The notes beneath the pieces are model-generated. The model was not told where the DNA came from, made no database searches, and worked only from the letters and a program-made list of their open reading frames with translations. Below are positions 21,578-31,671 of a stretch of DNA of 64,000 bases, in pieces. Origin of the DNA: an uncultured Nitrospiraceae bacterium. GTDB taxonomy: Bacteria > Nitrospirota > Thermodesulfovibrionia > Thermodesulfovibrionales > Dissulfurispiraceae. The translations under genes were made by a program, and so were the position numbers. The DNA lies in NCBI GenBank assembly GCA_963705105.1, contig CAVPIW010000005.1, positions 512,001 through 576,000 on the forward strand, written 5' to 3'. How positions within the stretch are numbered: the stretch's first letter is position 1; the number at the start of each line of letters is the position of its first letter.

Positions 21578-22151
21578 CGAATAGCTCGTGCAGGAAAGAT
21601 GTCACTTCAGTCTTAAGGTCAGCTAAAGTGCCATTGTTTGTAATTATATGATCCGGCTTGATTGTATCAAGCCCCTGTTCTGTAGGATGTTGTGAAGACT
21701 CGAGACTTATATCGCCACGTGACCTTCTTCGTTCAATACATGTTTCATGCGATGCCTGTATCTTCACCACGATAAATTTTAACTCTGAAATGAACTCATA
21801 GTCTGGCTGCCGCATGTCATCGCACACTATTAAAGAGTTGGAAGATCGGCCATCCATTTCCGCCAGAGTATCCTGCAATTTCTTGTCAAACCGATCAGTT
21901 AAGACTGACGGGTTAATTTTTCTGAGGTGGGAACCAAGGAAATTCAACAACTCACCATCCTGGACATAGAAACTGGCTAATGGTTTTCCCGCGATCTGGT
22001 ATAATGCGTTTTGGCATTCATACAAAGGATCTGCAAGTCGCAACCTCCGCATTATTATCTGCCTATCAGCGCATAGATCAATTAATAATTTGGTGGTGGT
22101 ACTTTTACCAGCACCAGGACTTCCGTATAAAGCAAGCTTCTTGACCGACAA
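21558..22151 (-). CDS. deoxynucleotide monophosphate kinase-like P-loop protein
   Basis: GSPGAGKST, LADPL, LGSHLR, DDMR, HPTE, ITNNGTL pattern of phage-type dNMP kinases; AAGGAGG RBS, TTG start. Confidence 0.75.
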   Translation of the reverse strand: MSVKKLALYGSPGAGKSTTTKLLIDLCADRQIIMRRLRLADPLYECQNALYQIAGKPLASFYVQDGELLNFLGSHLRKINPSVLTDRFDKKLQDTLAEMDGRSSNSLIVCDDMRQPDYEFISELKFIVVKIQASHETCIERRRSRGDISLESSQHPTEQGLDTIKPDHIITNNGTLADLKTEVTSFLHELFDDFNQP

Positions 22152-22199
22152 TAGACCCTCCTTGACGAAACGGTATGGAGTAAGGGGCTAAGTAGCGTT

Positions 22200-22232
22200 G
22201 TAATATAACTGCAATTTCCTTTTATTTGCAAG
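22200..22232 (-). promoter_or_regulatory. putative sigma70 promoter for the kinase-dcd operon
   Basis: Minus strand TTGCAA-18 nt-TATATT upstream of the RBS. Confidence 0.4.
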
Positions 22233-22364
22233 AACTAACAAAGACAAAAGATGAACATACAAATATGCATGAAAAGAAACAACAGGGCTTGGCCGAGGCT
22301 TGCTGAAGCGTTGCAGAAGCTCTGCAAGGCGAAGGACAAGCATGGAGGGAGCGAAGGCGTGAGC

Positions 22365-24857
22365 TTGCTTCCATCAGCTCGCGCCATACCTTCCGTAACG
22401 CGTCGTGCGCTGATCTGCCCGCCGATATCCATAACTGCAGTCATTGAATGCAGGTTCATACATGGGTTCCAGCCAGCTCTTCAGCGCCTGCTGACAGACC
22501 GATCCCATACCGCCGGAATGCCGAGAGGTCGCATCTCCTTTGGTTTACCGCGTTTTGGTATCGGCACTCTCCGTACAGGCATCGGTGCATACCGGTCACT
22601 CCTCAGTTCCCCGTGAAGCTTCTCAAGTTCACTGGCCGAGACCGCATCGATGCCCCCCGCGCCGTGGTTCTCCTTCACCTTCTTCCAGACCAGGTGCAGA
22701 TTACTCGGCTTGTACACCTTGTCAATCAGCAAGTGTACCTTCTTCCGCTTGATCGCGCTTACTTGCTCCATCGTCGCCAGTTTCCTCTGATGCAGGCTCC
22801 AGGTCTTTCTCTCAGGGAACTATCCTTCGCCTACACCCTACTTGACAAGGTTCAACACATCGTTTACTTATTTTAGGTTCAAGAGATCGTTTACTATCGC
22901 TCTTTGACAATGATGTAGCCACAGCCGATTTAATCATGAACATCTGTTTTGCGGAGGTGTTCATGAAGAAGACTCTCCTGAAGCAACGGGTATCGGCAGT
23001 ACAGCGATACCTCAAAGGGGAAAGTCCCAAAGTATCTGCTCTTCATTGAGAAAGACAAAGCCGTGGCTGTACAAATGGATAGCTCGGTATATCCCAGATG
23101 ATCCAACATGGTTTGAAGACCAGTCCCGGCGACCCCTTACAAGCCGATCCCGGACGCCTACGGAAATTGAAAAGATCGTGGAGATGGTTCGGTTAAGCCT
23201 GTACAATAAGGGACTGTTTTGCGGCAAGCAGGCTATCCAATGGGAAATGATTGACATGGAGATTCAACCGCTCCCTTCCCTAAGCACGAGAGGTCGTATC
23301 TTGCGCCGTCTCGAATTGAGTCATCGACGGACCGGGAGATATGAGCCCAAGGGCAAGAAGTATCGGCTGAACTCTCGTCCGCAGTTCCAAATCAGAGACG
23401 CACCTTATGCTGATGCTGATTGGTCCCATGTGTAGTCTCTCCGGCCAACCTCCTTGTAACCCGGAAGCCTTGATCCGCACTAACGGTGTGAGAAGAGTCG
23501 AGACATTCTGGTCGCGGCGCAAAGCGTTGTGGATGCTGTTTACGCAATTTGGCTGCGGATGGGAATCCCGGAGAATCTTCAAGTGGACAACGAATGGGCC
23601 TTCTTTGGAAGTCCGGTGCACCGCGAGGCATGGGTGCCTCATCGCTTGGGGTTCGTTACGCGTCACGACGGTCCAGTCCACGCGCAGCCTGGAGAAACGG
23701 GATCGTCGAGAAGTTCAATGATCATTATGAGCAGAAGTTTCTCGCCAAGGTCATGATTCCCTCAAGGACGCAGCTTCACCAAGAATCGCTTGAATTCGAG
23801 CATAGGCACAACAGCACCTATCGCTATAGCAAGATGAAGAGGAAAACTCCTCTGAAAGCATAGGCTGACACAGAAAGGAAATTAATCTTCCCAAGCAAGA
23901 GCGATACCCCGAGACATCCCTTGGATAAGCCGGAAGAGGGATACTACCACTTCGTGCGATTCATTCGAGGCAACTGCCGGCTAAACATCTTCGGCGAAAT
24001 GTTTCTTACTCCCCCGCAAAGCCAGTACGAATACTCTGTGCTACCTGTCGTAATTGTCACAGATCAAAAGCGCAGCTCTTGCTGGACATGACAGATCGAA
24101 GAAGACAAATATCAGCTGCGATAATTGTTGATACCGGTCACGGCATCGTGAAGCATATCGACTCTAAATGAGTAAACGATGTCGTGACCCTTTCTTGAGT
24201 AAACGATGTCCTGAACTTTATCACCTACTCACTGCTTCCTTTGGATCTTTCAGACTCAGTTGAGTGAATCGCCTTCCCCTGGCACGTCACCGTTTGGATG
24301 ATGGCAAGCTGCCCCTTCCCGGACAGTCCCGACGTTACTGCTGTTCGCCGGTTCAAGTACAATAGGCTCTTCCGATTCCTCGCACCGCTACAGCGCCGAT
24401 TTCGGGGTTGCCTTATAGAACGCCTTACTTGACCACTATGCTTGTCTGATAAGGACGGCTATGCATAGCAACCACCATCCCGGCTATTCATAACCACCGG
24501 CCCTTGCACGGCGCCCTCGTCAAGACGATACGAGGTCTCCGTGGGTCACCTGACTGTATTCCCTATCAGGCCGCCCGCACACACCTTGGTACGACGGTTG
24601 GATTAGAACGCCTTCGCCTCCATAGTGCAGGCTCAACCTCGTCCCGTCTTTGGCCGACCGGTTCATCGCTGGGGCAGCCCCCATCGATTACGGCCTGGTA
24701 GTTCTCCACAAGCCCTTCTGATTCCACCTCGCGGTGGACACCCTGCCCTCCGGGTCTCGCCCAGCCCCCGAGACATTACTCCCGGGTTCGGATATGAGTC
24801 CCCTAATCTGAGACTCAGTGGGACTTGAACCCACCTGACAGCCACGCTGCCACGCAC
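22365..24857 (-). mobile_element. group II intron remnant (inner): 5' RNA and N-terminal reverse transcriptase fragment; 3' part missing
   Basis: GTGCG 5' end at 24857; RT fragments GAGGID, VRRVPIPK, RPLGIP-DR, EPAFNDCSYGYR, SAHDALRKVW from 22771 down to about 22365. Confidence 0.8.
22843..24223 (+). mobile_element. IS481-like element with degenerate transposase
   Basis: IRs TGACAAGGTTCAACACATCGTTTACT / TGATAAAGTTCAGGACATCGTTTACT; CCTACT duplication; HTH, LQVDN and WRNGIVEKFND fragments. Confidence 0.8.
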
Positions 24858-25250
24858 ACTATGGAACTGTCCGACTGCCTGCCCCCGTGCATCACCGGAT
24901 TATGGACTCCTCCTTCCCGGTGCGTTCCTCCGTACCCGGAGAAAAGACACAGGCTCTCCCGGTTCTCGCCATGAAATTTCGATACATGCAAGGGATCTCT
25001 GAACGCGCTGGGTCAGACATGTGCTCGCCCTTTCGCTCATGCCCGCATTGCCTTCCGCTTTCGTTGACAGCGTCGGCACCCTGGACTTACGCTTTTCGCG
25101 GCTCAATACCCTGCCAGTGTATTTGGCTTTGTCGGATTGCTTCGTCTATCCCCTTACGAGCACCTAGTCCTGACTCGGGGCCGTTGTGTTTGTCTGCACC
25201 ATAAAGTGAGGCTCTTGTATTCCAACTACAGGCCGATTTATCCGGCGCTC
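24858..25250 (-). mobile_element. group II intron remnant (outer): 5' domains only
   Basis: Starts GAGCGCCGGATAAATCGGC; contains group II-like blocks GAGCCGCGAAA, GGGTGCCGACG, GGAAGGCAA, AGTCGGACAG..CATAGT. Confidence 0.65.
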
Positions 25251-25402
25251 CAACGATAAGGTAAGGTGATTAGACGGCAATTGACAAAACATCAACGACA
25301 TTTTACGATTTGTCCAGTAAGTGGCGGCGATGGTGGGGCAGGGGACAATGTTACAGATGCCTCGGTAACGGCCTCCTGTGATTGTCCTTCAGTCTGCAAC
25401 CT

Positions 25403-27034
25403 CTACTTCTTAGCACCATACCCAGATAGGCGCTTCCAGTAGGCGGCATCAACTCTCAGGTGCGTGAGCCGCGCCGGGTCTATCCACCTGAGGAATGAGG
25501 ATGCGGTCTTCCAGTTGCCAGCGAAGTTGCGCGTGTGAATGAGTGTGCATTTCTTGCGCGTGCGGGTTAACCCAACGATGAACTTGCAGATTTCGAGATC
25601 CTTGATTGAGGTGGGGTCGTGTGGCAATGCTACGTCATGTAGCCCGGCAATGAACACATGCTGCGCCGAAAAACCCTGGGAACCTTCGAAGGATGTCACC
25701 TTGATTGTCGGCCGAATCTCTGCATCGGCTTCGAGGGCCATCTGCTCAGCTCGGTCGTCCGGTTCACACCCCTCAGCCTGCGATACGACCTCAGCTTTGT
25801 AGTCACCAGGAATGACATCTTTCAAGGGAATGCAATTGTCCGCAGTGGCTCGAAAAGCGTCGCCGAGGAATGCGGGCTTGTCTGTTCCGAGCACGATCTG
25901 CCATGCGAGATTGGATCGAGAGTTTGCCTTGAGAATAGACGAACCTATGTCCCGGGTGCCGAGCCCTCAGAGTCACGCTGGGTCAACTCATGCCCGCACC
26001 CTCGAGGTATTGGACGACTTGATCTCGGTAGGGCTGCGCTACGATGACGAGCGCCGTTGGATAGCCCTTTTCCAGCGATTCCCGAATCTCGTCCTGCGGA
26101 ATCCTGCTGATTGCCTCTGCGATGAGTGCCCCATGTAGTTCGATCACGCCGTTGAACGGAAGTCTCATTCTCTTCAATCAGGAGTACTTCGCGCTCTCGA
26201 CGCCATTCGCTGGCGGGAAGTGCTTGTATGGCTTATCAATTCGCCCAGGGAGCCGTTCAAGCTGCTTCGCCCTGGTAATGATGTCGTTCACCGCATCGAC
26301 GACCACCTTGGGACACGCTTGCAGAAAGGGAGCACCTCAACCTCTAATCCGAGCGCCACGCGGCAATACGACAGCAACTCGCCGATACCAGGAGGATAGA
26401 GCTTCAGAATCTCTTGCCTCGAGGATCACTAGCGAGTGCGTCTATAATCCGCTTCCAGGGCATTGAAGTCTTGGTACTCATCGATGAGAACCAGTTGAAA
26501 CGAGTCAACCGTAGCATACCCAGCTGACAGTCCCCGGTATGCGCGAAAGACGGTATCATCGAAGTCGACGGCATCGTAGTAGACACCTCGGTCAAGATAC
26601 CACTGAGTGTCCTCGTCATGTCGCAGGGCGCGCATCTTGCCGACGAACAGGGGCGCGCCAACGCCCCTGATGAGCTCGAAATCGTCTGCAATCAGACTTG
26701 CGAGTCCGGGGCAACATGTGAACTCTTCGGAGAGCGGCTCCCTGAGTAGCGCGTGCCGATGAAGCAGACCGAGACCATAGGAATGGAGGGTGTAGACCTG
26801 AGCGAAGTCCCCGAGATCGGCTTCAAGGTCGTTCCTGAGATTGTTGATGAAGGTCAAAACAACTCGCTCCTCATGTCCGCCCGGAGCCAATTCTATCATG
26901 CGCTTGAAGAGCGTTGTCTTCCCAGTCCCAGGGCCTGCGATCACAAGCTTTTTGGCGCTCGACGAGGCCAATACACCCTCTATCGCCGCCCGGAGTTCGG
27001 CCTCTTCAGCCGAGTAGTAGTCTTCTTTCGTCAC
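25403..27034 (-). pseudogene. UvrD/Rep-like SF1 helicase, fragmented
   Basis: AGPGTGKT, LTF, TLHSY, LIDEYQDFN, SQG, GLTRTRK motifs across several frames. Confidence 0.8.
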
Positions 27035-27332
27035 TAACCCCTTTCGCTGACGGCGTTCGCTCTAACATTATATCTAATATAGTGACAGCCTTCCTCCACA
27101 TGATAGCCAATAACAGGGAGGGCGTCAAGCTCCTAAAGCAGCGAAACCCTGGATTCTTGGTCCTAAGAAATAGTGTCCCGTATCAATCAGACAACTTCTA
27201 TTTGGTAACGATGGACTTCTTCGGGAATCCGCGCTCTTGCTGAAGTGGCCCCGGACGAGACTTGCAGGTGACATCTTGCCTCCAGGTATTGATGCGTTCA
27301 CATCTGCAAAACAGGTTGTAGCAGGCTACGAC

Positions 27333-28076
27333 CTAAAATATGACCTGGCAGGGAATCCCTTCCTTTGCAAATGCGGTCCGTAATTCCTCTGCCTTCCGCT
27401 GAAAGAATTCGTCTTCCATAGCCCATTGCAGCCCGTATTTCTTATATGCCCAATCTGCGTAATGATAATTCAGCCTGTCGATGAGGACATGGTCGACCTT
27501 GCCCTTCAGCCCCTGTACGAGCCCCTCGGCGCCCGGAAGGACAGGCGCGATCATGGCGAAGGTCCTGATCCCCTCTGAGTGAAGCTTTCCCAGCGAGTCG
27601 ATTCTCTTCATCGACGGCGGCGCCCCCGGCTCGAAGATCTTCCGTATTTTCTCATCGGCGGTCGTTATGGTGAAGCCGACCTCGGCATCGCTTGATCTCT
27701 TGAGAATCTCAATATCCCTGAGAACGAGAGGGGACTTGGTCTGAATGGTGCAGGGCCAGCCGTTCTCCACGAGGATATCAAGACACCTCTTCGTGACGAG
27801 ATACTTCCTTTCCAGGGGTTGATAGGGATCGCAGACGCCGCTTATCCATACCCTCCCGACCCTTTTCCTTCTCACCTCGGCAGCCAGAAGCTCAGGGGCG
27901 TTTATCTTGACATCGACAAACTCTCCCCATGGTTCCCTGTGGCCGGTAAAACGCTTCATAAACTTGGCATAGCAGTACACGCACGCATGCCGGCAGCCCA
28001 CATAAGGATTCAAGGCGTACTCATAAACCTGCGATTTGGACAGTATGCTCTTTGCTTGTATCTCCCTGATCTTCAT
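27333..28076 (-). CDS. radical SAM protein, spore photoproduct lyase-like family
   Basis: NPYVGCRHACVYCYA, DPYQPLE, IQTKS. Confidence 0.88.
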   Translation of the reverse strand: MKIREIQAKSILSKSQVYEYALNPYVGCRHACVYCYAKFMKRFTGHREPWGEFVDVKINAPELLAAEVRRKRVGRVWISGVCDPYQPLERKYLVTKRCLDILVENGWPCTIQTKSPLVLRDIEILKRSSDAEVGFTITTADEKIRKIFEPGAPPSMKRIDSLGKLHSEGIRTFAMIAPVLPGAEGLVQGLKGKVDHVLIDRLNYHYADWAYKKYGLQWAMEDEFFQRKAEELRTAFAKEGIPCQVIF

Positions 28077-28121
28077 ATCCTGAAGTCTCTCACGATGCCG
28101 GAATCAGTCACAGCAGCCTGA

Positions 28122-28285
28122 ACCTTATCGTTGCAATACACTCCCGGGAAAGGCGGGGCTGGGGTGAATGCGCCGAAAACCTTGCTGCGGCGACTCCTGT
28201 ATCGTGACAGAAGACGAGGCATACGCCGATGTCAGGAAAATTGGACATCTTTTCCGACACTGACACTGTTTTCAGACCGCTTCGC
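28122..28285 (+). repeat. MITE-like repeat copy
   Basis: ACCTTATCGTTGCA...GGAAAGGCGGGG...ATGCGCCGAAAACCTTGCTGCGGCGAC...CACTGACACTGTTTTCAGACCGCTTCG. Confidence 0.75.
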
Positions 28286-28287
28286 AG

Positions 28288-28575
28288 TTATTCTACCTCG
28301 TGAGGCCATTTCCTCGAGGCATGAAGCACGCGCAGTATCTCGACAGTGTCGTTCTTCACGCGGTAGGGGATAATATAAGGCAAGGCGGATAAAACAAGCT
28401 CCCGTGTTCCCTCTATCCTGCCGGGCCGCCCGGAGTCCGGATATTCTGCAAGGACATCAACGCTTTGCCTGATAAGAACGGCTACCTTGGCTGCAGCCTG
28501 CGGCTTGTCCGAGGCGATATATTTCCTGATCTGAATGAGATCGGTGACGGCGTCGTCGAGCCAGCTTATCCGCAC
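28288..28575 (-). CDS. RelE/ParE-family toxin
   Basis: A-DL-I--YI, GRPGRIEGTREL, PYIIPYRV, ILRVLH. Confidence 0.9.
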   Translation of the reverse strand: MRISWLDDAVTDLIQIRKYIASDKPQAAAKVAVLIRQSVDVLAEYPDSGRPGRIEGTRELVLSALPYIIPYRVKNDTVEILRVLHASRKWPHEVE

Positions 28576-28835
28576 TGCGGGGGCTCCTTCTCATTTTCCG
28601 CCCCCCATGTATCGAGCCATGCCGAAACATCCTCATGGGAGGCGAACCTCGCGCCGGGACTGTCAGCCCTGTTGACGGCTTTCCTTATGGTCCTCACCTG
28701 CCATTCGTTCTGTTCGAGGTAATCCTGAATGGCAAGTGTGACAATGTATGTTTTTGAACGTGAAACAGCCTCCGCCAGGCGTTCGAGTCTCTCCTTAGTC
28801 TCCTCATCGATGCGTATTGTTAATGTCGTGCTCAT
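28566..28835 (-). CDS. CopG/RHH antitoxin
   Basis: TLTIRID-E--ERLERLA---RSK; overlaps toxin start; GGAGG RBS. Confidence 0.88.
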   Translation of the reverse strand: MSTTLTIRIDEETKERLERLAEAVSRSKTYIVTLAIQDYLEQNEWQVRTIRKAVNRADSPGARFASHEDVSAWLDTWGAENEKEPPQCG

Positions 28836-28946
28836 TGCGCACACCTCCGTAACACAATATAACACAATGCAAAACAAAAGCGGAATTGAGGATGCAAGTC
28901 TCAGCCACTTGCTATTGAAATATTACCGTTTTCTCCCGTTATGCAA

Positions 28947-29567
28947 TCATACCTGAAAGGCATTCTTTTCCCTGTACACGAACATCGTGAAGTCGTAGGC
29001 CATGCGGTCGTGACGGAGCGAGACGAAGGGGGAGAGGTTCTTGACGGTAAAGGTGAATAACTCCTCGGGTGACGTGTAGTTGAGCTCGAAGTCCTTCTTC
29101 GGATTGAGCGCTGACAGGGCATTGAAAGCGAGCCCGATCCTGCAGCGCCGGAAGAGTTGCACGAGCGCTCTCCTGATCAGGTCATCGACGCCCTCGACTT
29201 TGAGGTTGAAGACCCCGCAGAGGAGGATGTAATCGAAGTCCTCAGTCAGATCGTCTCTGTCGATGTCGAAGACCCTGAAGTCCACTCCGGGGAACTTGCT
29301 CTTTGCGAGGTCGATGAGCTTTTCGTTGATATCATATCCGGTATAGTCGACGCTGATGTCCCGCTCATCAAGAAAGGCGTAAAGGTCGCCCTTCCCGCAG
29401 CCGAAGTCGAGGATCTTCGATCCGCTGATGTCCCCTATGTCGAGCAGCGCCTGATAGTGCTCCCGCTGCCCCTTTGACGTCCACCGCACCGCCTCGGGCC
29501 TGTCGCCGTGGAGCATGAGGTTTTTATCGAAAAAAGATATTACGTATTCCTTTGAAAGATCATCCAT
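28947..29567 (-). CDS. class I SAM-dependent methyltransferase
   Basis: ILDFGCGKG, YTGYDIN, FDY; start moved to 29567. Confidence 0.88.
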   Translation of the reverse strand: MDDLSKEYVISFFDKNLMLHGDRPEAVRWTSKGQREHYQALLDIGDISGSKILDFGCGKGDLYAFLDERDISVDYTGYDINEKLIDLAKSKFPGVDFRVFDIDRDDLTEDFDYILLCGVFNLKVEGVDDLIRRALVQLFRRCRIGLAFNALSALNPKKDFELNYTSPEELFTFTVKNLSPFVSLRHDRMAYDFTMFVYREKNAFQV

Positions 29568-29602
29568 ATGACACCCCCTTGCCACATCATTATGGCAAAT
29601 GG

Positions 29603-29892
29603 ACCTTATCGTTGCAATATACCCCCGGGGAGAGGCGGGGCGTATGCGCCGAAAACCTTGCTGCGGCGACTCCTGTATAGAAAGGAAAGACGAACTATAA
29701 ACCAATGATCGATGACACAAAAAGTGGATTCCTGTAGGGGCCGTTCCCCGAACGGCCCGACATGAATGACGCTTCCCATACGGATCATTTCAGGCAAAGG
29801 GCTGAACAAAATAAACCTTTTACGGACACTCACACTGACACTGACACTGTTTTTCAGAGCGCGTCGCCCCGCCTTTCTATGCAACTACAAGG
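29603..29892 (+). repeat. full-length MITE-like repeat with internal REP-like hairpin
   Basis: ACCTTATCGTTGCA ... TGCAACTACAAGG termini; subterminal AGGCGGGGCG / CGCCCCGCCT; GTAGGGGCCGTTCCCCGAACGGCCC at 29734-29758. Confidence 0.8.
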
Positions 29893-29925
29893 CAGACCAG
29901 CAATCGTGAAACCCTGCCGTTCTTA

Positions 29926-30840
29926 TCAGCGTCTCTCTTCCTCGCGGCTCCGCTGAAGAAATACTATGGAGACGATCACGAGGCCTGCCCCGGCCATCTG
30001 AACGGGTTCGAGGACCTCGCCGATAACGACGAATGACAGCACACCTGCTATGACCGGTTCGAGCGTCGCCGTGACGCTTGCCCTTGTCGCGCCGATTCTC
30101 GCGATGCCCTCGTTGTAAAGTCCGAAGGGCACAACCGTTCCGAATATCCCGACATAGAGGATCAGAAGCCAGAGTCCGGTCTCTCGCCCGTGAAAGAAGG
30201 ACTCGAAAGGGGGATGCAGCAGGTTCCAGATGAAGGCTGCGACGACCAGCGCAAGGCAAAGGACCAGCCAGGGATCGCGGCTCTTCATGTGCCGCTCGCT
30301 CATCAGCGAATACAGGGCGAAGGATATGGCGGAAAGGAGACCCGTTATGACGCCCTCCACATTCACGACGCTGACGTCGAGCCGGTATGCCCCGACCATG
30401 AGGAAGCAGCCGGTGACGGCCCCGCAAAGCACGGAGAAGAGCGGCAGCGTGAGCCTCTGATAACCGGCCAGGACGCTGTAAAGGGCTATGAGCACAGGCG
30501 CCTGGTACTGGAGAAGGATGGCGGCGGCCACAGGTATCTTGCTGATTGCGGACAGGTAGGTGAACTGGGCGGCCGCAAGAATCCCGCCGAGCAGGAGAAA
30601 CTGCCGGACGTCGCCCCGGCTGAAAACCAGGGCATGTCGCTTTCTCAACAGGATGAAGGATGTCAGGACTCCGGCCCCTATGGAAGTGCGGAGCTGCACA
30701 AGCTGGTAGGGAGACAGGCCGCTCTCGAAGAGGAACTTCGCCGCTGTGCCCGAGGCCGCCCAGAACGTCGCCGCCATGACGACGAGGATGTAACCGGTCC
30801 CGCTGCGCGGGGTGTTCCGCCTGAACTGACAAAGGATCAT
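29926..30840 (-). CDS. EamA/DMT-family transporter
   Basis: Many TM helices in two EamA repeats, LEPV motif; start uncertain. Confidence 0.88.
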   Translation of the reverse strand: MILCQFRRNTPRSGTGYILVVMAATFWAASGTAAKFLFESGLSPYQLVQLRTSIGAGVLTSFILLRKRHALVFSRGDVRQFLLLGGILAAAQFTYLSAISKIPVAAAILLQYQAPVLIALYSVLAGYQRLTLPLFSVLCGAVTGCFLMVGAYRLDVSVVNVEGVITGLLSAISFALYSLMSERHMKSRDPWLVLCLALVVAAFIWNLLHPPFESFFHGRETGLWLLILYVGIFGTVVPFGLYNEGIARIGATRASVTATLEPVIAGVLSFVVIGEVLEPVQMAGAGLVIVSIVFLQRSREEERR

Positions 30841-30946
30841 CGTTTGATTTACTATAATCGATAGGCCTGCGCTTTTTCCCGCTCTCTCCGTTTTTTCCGA
30901 AGGGGACGTCACCGGTGCGCAGGTTTCGCAGATTATGGTTTCGTAT

Positions 30947-31274
30947 ACCTTATTAGTTGCATGCAAAGACGGGACGAAGTGCCTCAAAGCCTTGCTGATC
31001 GAGACGTTGCCGCCGGGGAGGCAGATATGGGTCAAAGCCTTTCCAATGCGATGATGAGACATCGCCAGGTGTTCAGCGCCTGTTGCCTGACGGGCTTCCG
31101 GCATCGATGGACACGGCACAGGGTGGTCTGGTGATGATTAAGGTATCTTGGCGGAAAGGCTCTTCACCACATCAGCCTCCCCGCCCGGGTGTTCATAGGC
31201 TTGTTCCGACAGTTGACTGTTATTGGTGGCATCTTCGCCCCGCCTTTCCGGATGTTTTATTGCAGCGATAAGGT
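30947..31274 (-). repeat. degenerate MITE-like repeat copy
   Basis: ACCTTATTAGTTGCA at left; CGCCCCGCCTTTCCGG...TGCAGCGATAAGGT at right. Confidence 0.6.
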
Positions 31275-31322
31275 ATACAATACCGTCAGACACGGCGGTT
31301 TTGCGAAAGGAGGTTCGGAGGA

Positions 31323-31607
31323 ATGGTAAGCGCACTCGTTCTGTTAACGACTGATCGGGACAGGGTGAATGTCGTCGCCCAGCAGTTGGCCGACATCGAC
31401 GGCATTACGGAGGTCTTCTCGGTGGCCGGGCAATACGATCTCGCGGCGATCATCAGGGTCAGGGACAACGATGCCCTGGCTGAGCTCGTCACGAACCGGA
31501 TGCTGAAAGTCGAAGGCATCCAGCGGTCGGAAACGCTCATCGCATTCCGTGTCTTCTCGCGTCACGACCTGGAGTCCATGTTTTCGATCGGCATGAAAAA
31601 CCCCTGA
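31323..31607 (+). CDS. Lrp/AsnC ligand-binding domain protein
   Basis: EVFSVAGQYDL, VEGI-RSETLI; AGGAGG RBS. Confidence 0.88.
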   Translation: MVSALVLLTTDRDRVNVVAQQLADIDGITEVFSVAGQYDLAAIIRVRDNDALAELVTNRMLKVEGIQRSETLIAFRVFSRHDLESMFSIGMKNP

Positions 31608-31671
31608 TGGCCGAAGATCTCCCATGATGATTCGGCAGATACATTCACAGGTTTGACCGGGGTGCCGCACC

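Noticed and set aside
22365..22771. Reverse transcriptase as a retron, DGR or defence RT
   Set aside because: Motifs and the upstream GTGCG-initiated RNA match a group II intron RT; it is truncated before the YxDD motif
27058..27090. dif-like or integron core site upstream of the helicase (TAATGTTAGAG on the minus strand)
   Set aside because: Only a partial match on one arm; no matching attC or integrase found
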